From Girardia tigrina (Eukaryota), in NCBI GenBank assembly GCA_001938485.1, contig MQRK01215992.1, forward strand, positions 1 through 64,000: a stretch of DNA of 64,000 nt, given 5' to 3'. Positions 12,664 to 24,260 of this stretch are shown here, one piece after another. The position numbers were made by a program, and so were the translations under genes. Position 1 is the stretch's first letter, and each line of letters begins with the position of its first letter. Under the pieces are notes generated by a model. The model was not told the DNA's origin. It did no database searches and was given only the letters and a program-made list of their open reading frames with translations.

Positions 12664-12949
12664 TGATATCAATAGAGATTTGTTCCTCTAGACAGGAGAT
12701 GGATGAATATTTATAAAAAAAAGGTTTACGAGGAACCCAAAAGGTAATTGGTTTTGTTCACTGGTAAATCATTGGGCCAGATGAACCTTATCGGGTACAA
12801 TACGAACCATTTGCCTGTGTTAGAAGATGAAAGGTAGATGATGTTTGTATCAAAATAATGTGTTGGGTTTATAATAAAAAATAAATTATGCATAATAAAA
12901 AGATAATAAAAACCCAAAATATTATTTTGGGGGCCTCAGCCTGGATAGT

Positions 12950-15003
12950 TTCTCAGAGGCGCCGAAGATAATGTCTGCTGTGACTAAGTTTGTGTTGTCG
13001 AGTGACCCCACCGTTAAAGAGGCTACCGATTCATACGTGGACGACATTATCATGCACTTAAACAAAGTCAATAGTCAAGAGGTTCTAAATATTCTCGTGA
13101 AAATCGGATTGAAGGACAAATTAGCTAAACCGTTGTGCAGGGGTCGCGTTTTAGAACTCCGAGTTTTTAAGGAAGATGGAATGAGGAAATGGAAACGCGA
13201 CAATTGAATTGAAGAATAGAATTGACGAAAAGACAAGTTTTCTCGTGTTTGTGGGCAAGCAACAGGGCACGTCCCTATCGCTGGATGGTTACGACCGACA
13301 TGTAGTTCTTAGAATCGGATGACAAGTGAGAGATAAGTGGGATGAGAAGATAGACCGAGTAAGTGCTGGGATGTTGATGGAAATTAGGATGCGCTTAGAT
13401 GCATGTGATCCAGTGTGTGGAGTGTGGGACATTCCAAAATTGAAAAGGGTCAGGTATGGTGTGATGCGAATAGTCTGGCAATTGGGGTATGTCTGGGAAT
13501 AGATAACATCATTGTGTAAGATAACTGCTGGCTGCAGAAGAAAGATGACGTTTGTCACATCAATTTGGCAGAAATAGAAGCAGTATTAAAAGGCGTGGGG
13601 CTTGATGGAAATATACTTAATGTGCGACTCTGCAACGGTATGCCCATGTATAAACTCAATCATTTCAAAGGAGAAACGAGTAAAAGTGCACGGATTGTCT
13701 GAGGTGTTAGTCAGGAGACGATTATTCTTGTTGGAACAATTGATGAAGGAATACAATGCGTCTTTGATGATTTCGTTCGGGAAAGCCATTGAAAATAAAT
13801 CTGACGTTTTAACAAGGGTTCCTGCGTGTGGGTTCAAACAATCGAAATGTTTAATGACATTCAGTTCTGGAAGTGTGTCATCAGTCAAAGATGTCAAAGC
13901 AGTCCATTCAGTGCACAATTGTAATGTTGATAGAACTCCTATTTCAGTTTGAAAGATTTTTGGAACTGCGGATAAGACTACGGTCGCTAAGGTGGTGGCG
14001 GAATGTGACCGTTGTTTGTCGATCGGTCAAAGCGCAGTGCAGTGGAGCAAGGGCGAACTGGTAGTACCGAAAAATTGGCGACGTCTTGCTTGTGATATCA
14101 CTCACTATGGTGGTGCGATATTCTTTACGTGCATGGATTGTGGGCCGAGTCGTTTTGCGATTTGGAGACGGGTGAGCAATGAGAGCGCCGAGATAGTTAT
14201 GGAGATTCTAGTGGAAATTTTTCGAGAAAGGGGACCTTTGAATGATTTACTCTGTGATACTGGAAAATGCTTCTGATCAGAAACATCGCAAAGATCGTGT
14301 GAATTGTGGAATGTGTAGCTCAGATATCGTTGCTCATATCGCCAGTCAGGGAATGGCATTGCCGATAGAAATCGTCCTATAATAAAAGGAATGGTTGCCA
14401 GATCCAGAGGGGATGTGCTAGACATGGCATTTTATTATAATTTTACTCCAAAAACAGGAAATAGCAGGGAATCGGTTCCCATTAATGTAATCTTCTCATA
14501 TGAATGGCGGTTTCCGATGATGAGACACAAGGATAAACAGTACTGTGGAGTAGAGTTTACGCCATGGGACCAAGTTTACGTGAAACCAGGTGGAGCTCGA
14601 TGCACATTGTGTTGTAGCAGAGGGTTGGTTTCGCGAGTTAACTCTGTGACATCGATCGACATCGACGGTATTCCCAGGCACGTTGCCGATTTGAGACGCG
14701 TACCATACGTATCGGAACCTGTGACATCAGATGTCACTGTGGACGTGAGAAATGAATTGCCTCCTGCCATCAAAGAATCATCAGATGTTAACAAGACGAG
14801 TGAGTCTGGCCCTGATCCGATGCTAGACAGACCTAAGAGAGTTCATCGGGTACCTAACTGGTTCAACGATTATGACATGAATGATGATGACATCACGGGG
14901 GTGTGAGATGGAGAAAATAATTAATTGTTTGGCGCGTGATTTGAAGAGAATTAATTTGTCGGTAAAAGTAAATTTTTGCTAAATTTTCATTCGTGTTGTT
15001 ACA
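12950..15003 (+). mobile_element. Decayed Ty3/Gypsy pol (RT-RNaseH-integrase) with PPT-like tract and short 3' LTR (14902-15003)
   Basis: APKIMSAV..SYVDDII (RT), HINLAE (RNase H region), C..C and WRRLACDITHY..DCGPSRFAIW (integrase). The G-rich CACGGGGG is followed by a TG...CA block of about 100 bp. Stops and frameshifts are present. Confidence 0.9.
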
Positions 15004-17326
15004 AAAATAAAAAAATTAAATGAGATGTGAATTAATCGAATTAAAATTGTAATGTAATTTTATTGAAGACAAAATTTAAATGAGAATTAAAAATAAATTA
15101 AAATTGGAATGTTATTTTATTTAAATACAAAATTTTAATGAAATAGAATAACTGAAGAAAATTTTAGATGATTGACCGCATTTACGCTATAAATTTAATT
15201 AATTAATTTTATCTTTCTTTAGAAACATTTTTAAAAAAATGATTAAATTATTTATACGTAAATTAATATTTCATATGTCAAAAACCGTTTCGAGATGACA
15301 TTAGAGAAAGTCAATGCTGCTGGCCAAAAAAAATAATAATTGTAAATTGTAAAAAAAACTATTAACTTGTTTTTTGTTATAATTAAATATTGTAAATAAG
15401 CGATTTTATGAAAATAAATTCAATTCAAATGATTTACTTTGAATGTTAAGAAATTCTTGTCGAATTTACATTAAAAGCTATTAAACGTTAAAAAAGATTA
15501 TAAATACGATTTTCAAAAGCTATTGAAATTTCATTTGGTCGAATTACAAAGAAAGTCTTCATTGGACATGAATCTCGAAACGTGGCTCGAAAAGAACAAA
15601 TTGAGCGCCGATAATAGGGATGAGGCGGAAACCGACCACCAAAAATTCAGTCGTAGATTGGCAATATCGGCAAAATTTGGAATCCGCACGACATCGTTTT
15701 ACAACAGTTGGAAGACGTTATTCAAGCGCCCGGAAAATCTGAAAACGAAAGTGAAAGAGAAGCAGTCCTCATGAGGACTAAAAATAATGATTGGAAGCGA
15801 AACGAAGTTCCAATAACAAATCGATTATAAATTAATATTTCAATTAGGATGAACAACAGAAGTGTAATTTTACAAATGGTAAAAAACGTTAAAATAAGAG
15901 ATGTAAGAAAATATGTGTGGCAAAAAAAATAATAAAATTCATTTTTAAAATTTTAATAAAATACAATCATAAAAGTAAATTTTTAGTAAATGATATTTTA
16001 ATATCTGTATTTATATTTATTTTTGTTTATAATGTTTTGTGTAAAAAGAAAGTAACTAGGTTCTCCGACATATTTGTTAAAAAAATAATTATTGTTATAT
16101 TGATAACATTTTGGTGTTATGACCTTAATTTCTGAATTCAACTTAATATAGTGTATACATTCAACTTTAATGGATTATGAAAGGGGTGGTCCAATCTTAA
16201 ATTACCTTTTTTACTTTTTCAAAAAGGTACCCATTAAACCAAAAATTGCAAATATAAATTTTAACTCCAAAAATACAGGAGGCTATTCGAAATGAAAAAT
16301 AAAAACCACTGAAAATAAAAACATATAAAGTTATAACATTTTTCTTAAATGTATATATTTTGTATAAATGTCTCTAGTTTTATCAAATTATCAAAAACAT
16401 TTAAGATGTTCAAATTATAATATTATTATTATGGATTTTATTAAAAATTTTATTTTTAATAATGATGATATATTTTTAATTAAATCGAAAGAACATTAGA
16501 AAATTATATTTTAAAAATAATAAGTTTAATTAGAAAAAAACGGCAATATAATCTGAAATTAATTGCAGCAATTAATGCTATTATTTATTTTTTGATTATA
16601 AAATTCATTATTTGATAATTTTAACAATAAATTTGAAATGAATCCTGTTTTGTGAGGTTTTTTTTTCATTTGGATAAATGGTTTTAAATATAAAATAAAA
16701 AAAATTGTCAAAACAGTTTTCAACAAAAAAATAAATATTATTTATGTACAGAACCCAGATTACTAAACATAAGCATAAAGTTAGTTTTAAGGGAATAATT
16801 TTTTATTTCCTTAAATTGTTAAGATATTAGGGGATATTGATACAAAATGTAATTTAATTAATTTAATTTAATTTTAATTTAATTTTAATTTAATTAAAAT
16901 TTTGAATATTTGAAACGGCTTTATTTTGTCTATTTCGAATGCTTATTTATGATATGTCGTGTCTCATTAATAATGATTCATAAAACTGCCTCTCGTAATT
17001 CAATAATTAAATTTCTAAATATATCTAAATCAATTATCGATTTCATATAAAATTAATTTTTCAGTTTAGCAACGAGCTTTTTAACTGCAGCAACTTTAAT
17101 ACAAGCTTTTGAAGTTGAAATCATCATGCTTTTTCCCACTAGATGTGGAATTTATTCTTGACTCTATTGTCTTTAAAATATTTTTGATTTGGATTAAAAT
17201 ATTATTGTTATTTAAATATTATTTTTATCATTATGTATATTGAATCCCGTACCTCTCCTTGTCGCAATCTTGAATCAATCGAAGACATTGACCAACCTCA
17301 ATTTGAATGACAGTCTGTGAAATTTG

Positions 17327-17406
17327 TATTCATACTTATCTTTAAACCAAAGTTATGAGAGTAGACTCTAGTATCATAACTTTGGTGTAAAGATAAGTAT
17401 TGAATA
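17327..17406. repeat. Long inverted repeat/hairpin (27-bp arms, one mismatch)
   Basis: ATACTTATCTTTAAACCAAAGTTATGA, 15-nt loop, TCATAACTTTGGTGTAAAGATAAGTAT. Confidence 0.85.
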
Positions 17407-18050
17407 ATATCACCAGCCTCTTCATCTATTATTTACTCCATTTAAATAAAACTAGTAACTTGATACAAAAGACGAAAGAATAATATTATTTTACCTACAT
17501 TTCAGATTTTATATTAGATCAATTAATAAATTTAAATATTGTCTATCAACTCAAACTAATGACCGAGTTTAAATTTACAGAGGACCGATTTCAGTTTTCC
17601 AAGACTTCTTTTGAATAATTGATAATTAGAGTTGCAATCAACTGACCAGTTTTGCTATTTTTATTAGCTTAATGTTATAAATCTTCACCAAATGATTGGT
17701 GAATTGATAGATTCCAAATTTAAGCTGTCGTGAGGAAAACCTAGGTAAGTTAGAAAACATTAGATGCTTCATTTATTTTTTTTCAATACTCATGCCCAAT
17801 GATCGATTTGCATGTCAAAACGACAATTATCTGGATTCACAGTTTTCTGAAACTTCTACTTACACTTATTGTTTGTTGAAGTTCCTAGGTTAACCAAGAT
17901 AGTGACCGGTGGTAGAAAAGTCATGGCGCATTTGGAGTTGCTGCTATTCTTGCTATACCCCTTTTGAATTTATTTAATTGTTATTTTCTCTTGTTTAGTT
18001 TATTATGATTTTTTAAAAAATAATCAATTAATAGATTAATTAAGTAAAAA

Positions 18051-18380
18051 TCGGGAAACTGTCAATGTGGAAAGTGAATTCAAAATATTGAACTTGAATT
18101 TTGATAATTGTAGTGAAAGGATCATGACAGAAGCACTTCTAATAAAGAATTTCGTACCATGCTTGAATGTGCAGAGTGAAACATCCAATCACATCAATAT
18201 ATTTTAAATGGTATCAATAAATTAATCCACGAGTTACGTAATGTCACTTGAATAACAACCAGGCAAGTATAAAAGAAGATCGCTTTACAAACCTCAAAGA
18301 GAAGACCTGAAGGTGCCTGTGAAAGCGAAACATGTTGTCAAAAATAAATCTTATACCGATAAATGACGTTTTTGTTATTT
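18051..18380 (+). mobile_element. Penelope-like element 3' end: GIY-YIG C-terminus and pLTR
   Basis: FKILNLNFDNCSERIMTEALLIKNFVPCLNVQSETSNHINIF* (the R...EAL.I....P.LN.Q motif), followed by a hammerhead-like motif. Confidence 0.8.
18304..18339 (+). ncRNA. Minimal PLE-type hammerhead ribozyme, variant core
   Basis: gac-CUGAAGG-U-gc[cugugaaa]gc-GAAA-CAUG-UU-guc. Stem III is the palindromic A-CAUG-U; conserved A9 is replaced by G. Confidence 0.6.
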
Positions 18381-19221
18381 ATTTCTTTCATTGCCATTAG
18401 AAATTATTGAAAATAAACTGGAATTAATAAATTGGTTTTTGTTCGAAAAAAGTTTGAGAAGCGATAATAACAAAAACAATTCAATGCAATCAAAATGTAT
18501 TATTTTCAAAAATTAAATTAACAAATTCGTTTAATAATTTATTGATTAGATAAATAGAATCGTTCACTCAAAAATGGTTCGATAAATTACAATTGTTCAG
18601 CAAAACAATTTCGTTTAATGAAACCTAAATTGTTTAGCAAAGTTCTTCCTAAGAAATTACAATCGTTCAGCAAAATAATCTTAACCGATCAAAAATTGTA
18701 TTAAAATAATCAGTTCGTAATGAAAAAAAATATTGGTTCGTTAAAAATTTCTAAATAGTAATTCAAAATCGTACAAAATTTTTTACACTCACTGATTGGC
18801 TAGCCAATCAGACCAAGTTAAACAATTGAACAAATTTCGTTTCGGCAAACATACACGACCTGATAAGTAACAATAATTAACTCCATGAATCATAGAGTAA
18901 TTAAACTGTCAACAACAAAGACACTTTTGTTCGGGTTTTCAAAATGACCACAGTTCAATTATTCAGAAAAATCAATTATTTTTTTATTTTTATTAATTTT
19001 AAATTGCATTATTTAATTTAATTCTTTAATTTTTTTAACTTTAATTATTTAATTATTTTTATTAATTTTTATATATATATAAAAGGCAAATAAATCAGCA
19101 AATGTCATTCAAGCAATCCATATTTCAACATCAAATACAAAAATGAAGTCTGACAAACTTAAAAAAAACTTGATTGAATAGAAAATTGTCTCTTTGTCAA
19201 GGAGGAGATTTTTTTTAAAGC

Positions 19222-19491
19222 TTTTATTACGTTTCATTTGTTTGTTTGTCTGTCTGGATGCATCAAATCTTGCGATCGAAAATTCACCCACTTCCCGTTC
19301 ACCTAGCGACATGAAACTTTCAGGACTGATGTATTATAAGTGACAATACACTTTTTCACTGTTACTGCTCATCTACCGCCTTTAGTTTGGCGGCAAAAAG
19401 TAATTAAAATGTCGTTCTCATGTTTTCCTCAGTAGTAGGTTTTGAAATTTGCTACATCTAAATGCAAATAGAAAGCGGGTTTTCGCCTAGT
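19222..19491 (+). mobile_element. Helitron/Helentron-associated (DINE-1-like) non-autonomous element
   Basis: T-rich start, (GTTT/GTCT)n microsatellite and AAATCTTGCGAT core shared with 54170; the 3' end has GCG..CGC hairpin potential followed by CTAGT. Confidence 0.6.
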
Positions 19492-20127
19492 AGGCTTTGA
19501 TAATTTAGTCAAAAAATGTGGGAAGTTGGTGAAATAGATACAGAGCTGCAAACATATGACAAATTATAAAAGCTTGTACACCAAAAATTTTTTTAATATA
19601 ATTTAATATAAATGAAATTAACGAAAATATGTATAAATACAAATAAGAATTTTAACTTAAATTCCAAAACAACAATCATAGTTTTTCATCTCTCAGTTGT
19701 CCTAAAAATAACTTACATATGTATAGATGCGTACGGACGATTGATTGAAGTTTGATTGTAGTTTCTGAATTTTCTAAACAAGACCTCAAAAAGTTTTTAA
19801 ATTTTAATAGTTACTTCATGAATAATTAAAAGGCGTTGCTTCTAGCTGTTAAATAATTGCTCCACCATTCTATTTCGACACAAAAGATTAGATTTTATCT
19901 CATCCGTTTTCTTTGAAATACAAAACATGAATCCTACTATAATAGTTGACACCTAAAATAAGGTAATAAACTGATACACAAACTATGACTGACTAAGCGC
20001 ACTATTATAGGAAGTAAAAAAAATTGAGAAAATGGTGATAACAATGTCATTATAATGTAAAAAATAGTGATACTGTAATTATTAGCGTCTTGTTACTAAG
20101 GTAGATTATTTCCCCTAATATTTGATA

Positions 20128-20297
20128 CTAGAAAAAAAACCGTCTTATATGACGGAAGAGCTGAATTTTCTTTTTTAAAAGTTAATATTTTAATTTTAAA
20201 ATCATAATTATTCTAAAATAAATATATTTTATATGCATGTGTTAGATACTATTTTAAAAGTCTGCAATCATTCTATAATATTATTCATATATATATA
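20128..20297 (-). mobile_element. Non-autonomous Helitron-like element (3' hairpin + CTAG)
   Basis: Minus strand ends CCGTCATATAAGACGG-T8-CTAG|T. Related ends occur at 32465, 40433 and 40786. The far boundary is approximate. Confidence 0.6.
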
Positions 20298-21329
20298 ATA
20301 TTTCCTGCTTATTTTTGGCTTGTAATTCCAGATTAGCGGGAGTTATTATGCATTGATTAAAAAATTAAAAAGTTAAGCCATGCAAAAACAAGAAAATAAT
20401 TGATCACAGCAAATGTTGAGCGTTACACAGATGAAACTCTAGGCTTATATATATATATTCAATGATTTAATGCCTTGAATTAATTCTTATTTTACTAACT
20501 TTTAATATTTTACAATAATTACTACTATAGCCAATAAAAGTTTTATTGGTGGGATTACCTTTACGATGATTTACACACGTATTCTTTTGTCTCCATAAAA
20601 CATAATTAATTATAGATATCCATCAGTTTATGAAAGCCTGCGGTAAACATCTGTGAAAATATATTTTATTCATTTCGGGAATTATTTTTATTTATTGGTT
20701 TTGTAACCAACATAAATAATAATAATTTTTAAGACATTCCTTGAAAATAAACAGGATTCTTTTATTATATGTGTTCCAGTAGTATTCAGGTTGTCCAGGA
20801 GACTTACCGGTGTTAGTATAATCGTGGAATTCATGTTGCTAGGTCCAAGTTTTATTTATCATTAATTTTTTTCCGCTTATCTATGTTTTTTATTTTAACA
20901 AAGCTTTCTCACAAAAATATTTACTTTTAAATTCTTTCACAAAAAAATGTAAATTTTTTTTCACCATTTCTTCAAAATTTCAGATTCTCAATGAACATCA
21001 AAATCGTCAGCAATAATTCAGATCGTCAACAATTATCAAAATTCATATTTAAGAAAATAATTATGACACATTTTTCGAAATAAAAAAAATTCTGACTCAG
21101 CACTTGCTCTGATTGGCTAATCAATCACAGCGAGCCGATCGACTGAAACATTTTCCGAGGAGACACAAATGTCCTGTACACATAATCGGTCAATCACCAA
21201 ATCCAGATGAAGATATCTTTGTATAGATTTCAATCATACTCAAAATTTAAATTGTTTTTAATTTTGCTATTTAATTTAAATTCTTAAAATTATTTGTCTT
21301 TTTGGAAAATCAACAACTTGGAATTTTAG

Positions 21330-21530
21330 TAGAGATTTGTTAAAGTCTTGGACTAAAATTGAGTCGGTTAAGAATCGAACTGAAGCATGTATCAACGCTG
21401 AGGACGGACACTGAAAAGTTGTTATAAAAATTATTTCTTACAGTTGATTTATTAATTAAAAAACATTTTCTAACTGTTTTATTACAAAACTCTAGTTTGA
21501 CTACATTAATACTTATCGCGAAACGTATTG
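21330..21530 (+). mobile_element. Tc1/mariner-superfamily 3' fragment
   Basis: NRTEACINAEDGH, matching the R...CI...GGH transposase C-terminus. Confidence 0.55.
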
Positions 21531-22136
21531 TTTTATTTGTATTCTTTGTATATAGATTTGTATATAGATTTTACTTTTCGATTTGTATAATTATTTGTTT
21601 ATCTGCGTCACAAATATCTCATTCTTTCTAATATACATAACAAATTATTAAATTATTTTCAGATGCATTATCGACAAATAATTTTTACAAATCTTGTAAT
21701 TATACAAACTTTCTCCTAAATTCTTTCTCCCGAGCAATGCTAAAGCGGATCATAAGTCTTATTTACTAAGATTCTTCAATCAAATAGACGACAGAATTTA
21801 ATGTATTTGTTAGCATAAATATTTTTTTCAATATTTGTTTAATATTTTTAATTAAATTCAATATTACTTCAAATTCTGATAAATAATTCAATCTGGTAGA
21901 TATTTTATTAAATGTAAATAAAATAAATCTCTTCCTTGTATATTCATAAATTAATTAATTTTTATAAAAATTAAAATTTTAAGAAATTTATCGTTGAATA
22001 TTACTCCTGAATTTCTTGAATATGTTATATTTTTAAGAACTTATAAAAAACTTCGATATGTTTTAATAAGAAAGTTTCGAGTGAAATATAACTGATCATA
22101 AGAAAAGATTCTTTAAGACTTTTGAACCGAGAAATT

Positions 22137-22187
22137 ATATTATATTATATTATATTATATTATATTATATATTACATTATATTATAT
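22137..22187. repeat. (ATATT)n pentanucleotide microsatellite
   Basis: Directly visible tandem array. Confidence 0.9.
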
Positions 22188-23829
22188 TTTAATATATATA
22201 ATACTTGTATAGAATAAGATTACATTTAACTTTCTCAAGTTAGGGAAGACTTCAAAATTGTGTTTCTTTTTAATTATAAATCGAAATATGGTATTCAAAA
22301 CAGAATCCACTGATATTTAGTAAATGAAAACAATATCACTTATTATTTCCATATTTACATAAAATATTTAACTTTGCAGTATAAAAAGATTATTAGGTTT
22401 GCAGACGTCTGCTTGAACATTATGAAAGATGGATACCAACCCTGGAGGAAGTAGAGGATATGAGGGGTTACAAAATCTCGTTTAAATAAAAGTTCCTATT
22501 TCTTAATCTTCAAGATTTTATTACCAAAGGTTTAGATTAATGTCAGGATCAAAGTTTTAATGTCTTAAAATTATAATGATTTTAAATAATAAGTGTTTTT
22601 ACAGAACTCTTTTTCTAACTTATAGTTATAATGCTTGGTGGGAATGTTTATTTATTATAAATTAATTTATATACTCATTTATATAATGAAATATTAGGAA
22701 TTATTAATGTTCTTATTATTTTTTTATATAAAATATCAATATAAAAAAGTATTAGTATATAAAAAACAATTTTTTGTTTGACTAGTTGTTTGTTTCCTTA
22801 TTAATATGCCTGAGGATTACAAAAATACAAATATTATTTATGTTAAAAAATATAAAACTGATGTTTTACAAAATAATAAATAATAAACAGTGTATATTCT
22901 GCTGTACAGTATTATATTCTGCTTCCTTTTTATAAATACTCTGGTGCTAAATAAAAATATTCATGGCTCGAAGACATTTAGAAAAAAATATATGTTTATT
23001 TTGAATTTAAATTCGTAAAATTTAAATCGAAAGATTTTTTTGAAAACCGAATTTAATTTTCGATAGAAATTGTAATTTTGAGTGATGTTGAAAGAGATTC
23101 TTACCTGTTTATACATTAAAAGATTCCGATATTCACTGCCACCACTGACTTCAATTGAAGCTGAAATTGAAGCGTTCAATAAAAACCGAGAATTCGAAAA
23201 GTCAGTGATGTCTGATTTTGAATTAAAAAAAGCTAAAGAAGATATACTCAAGAAGATAAACTCAAAAAGAATTTATGGAATCGGCTCAAAAAGGCATAGA
23301 CAAATTAAAATCAAAATCAGAAATAATAAACGTCAAAAAATTCAATCAATAGGAAAATCTTTAACAATGAGACACGGCTTCCGCTCCAATCCGTTTTGGC
23401 GCCACAAATTCGAATTTTTTTTTAAAAAATTTTAATTCAATTATGAAATTGATATTAATATTTAATATGAAAAAAATATGTATTTAAAATGAAAAACTAT
23501 CAATTTCATTGGAAAAAATGTAACATTCAAAATATTCCGTACAATGTATTTTAAGACATATTTCGATGCTCTCTAAGAGTTCTCTATCTCACATTGGTAC
23601 AATAAAATACATAGCCAATGCTCGGAATTCGCATTTTTGTTTTCCCAGCCGAAAGCTACGGAAAGCGAAAATCATATTTTCAAAGTAACGTTTTATTGTC
23701 ACCTCTTGGTAGTTTTCCTTTCAACCGTTTCATCCTCTCCGTGGAGATGTATTTCAAAGGAAAAATGACCATGCTTCCGGAGAAGAGTGGTTCACGAAGT
23801 TGCTGCAGTTAGGCTGTGATATCGAGAAA

Positions 23830-24260
23830 GATTCAGTGACATATTTTACGTGCGCAGGGGCTGTGCAGAAGAAGTTAATGTCTGCTGAACAAGAAAAAGC
23901 ATTTAAAGAATAATGATTTTTCAATTGGAAGAAGGGTCCAGATAAGTTTAACCAGCACGAGAAAAACGAAAGTCATAAATTATCGGTAATGAAAGTGTGC
24001 GACTAACAAAGAAAGGAAATCGATGCGTTGCTTTCCGTTGAGACAAAGTAAAATCTAGCACAAGCTAAGCGAGCCCTCTCAATTATGTTGTCAAGTATTT
24101 GTGATCTTAGCACTCAGGGATATACTTGTCAAGGCCATGAATACATATATGGGTTTTTTATAACCTGGCAAAGGAAAGGTTCTCTGTTGATGCTCCAGAT
24201 TTTTTAACAAGGCTGGAAAAAATCATCCTTAAATTCTGAAATGAAAAAAATGATCGAAAT
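23830..24260 (+). pseudogene. hAT transposase fragment (TTF zinc-finger / ZMYM1-like)
   Basis: FNWKKGPDKFNQHEKNESHK and LSTQGYTCQGHE (L..QG...RGH.E motif); frameshifted. Confidence 0.75.

Larger units (their letters stand above)
20332..22530 (+). pseudogene. Decayed intron-containing gene, product unknown
   Basis: GC-richer blocks bounded by AG/GT, with 37-nt (20579-20615) and 36-nt (20698-20733) introns. The phase-consistent join reads Q*KFYWWDYLYDDLHTYPSVYESLR*TSVKIYFIHFGNYFYLLTFLENK. A later block reads VCRRLLEHYERWIPTLEEVEDMRG. Many stops. Confidence 0.35.

Noticed and set aside
11720-15003. One intact LTR retrotransposon spanning the micro-exon LTR and the downstream pol
   Set aside because: The 3' LTR (14902-15003) shows no similarity to 11720-12663 and most of gag-pro is absent, so they are treated as separate elements.
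18430-18780. CRISPR-like array
   Set aside because: The repeats are short, degenerate and irregularly spaced in a eukaryotic TE context, and there are no cas genes.
20332-22530. Alternative genetic code (TAA/TAG = Gln), suggested by mostly TAR stops in exon-like blocks
   Set aside because: A TAR excess is expected from base composition, and TGA stops also interrupt such blocks. The mariner (YFE-TAA), RTE and Penelope frames end at TAA in their normal positions.
23082-23435. 117-aa Lys-rich ORF as a host gene
   Set aside because: No recognisable motif or splice context; probably lies within repeat DNA.
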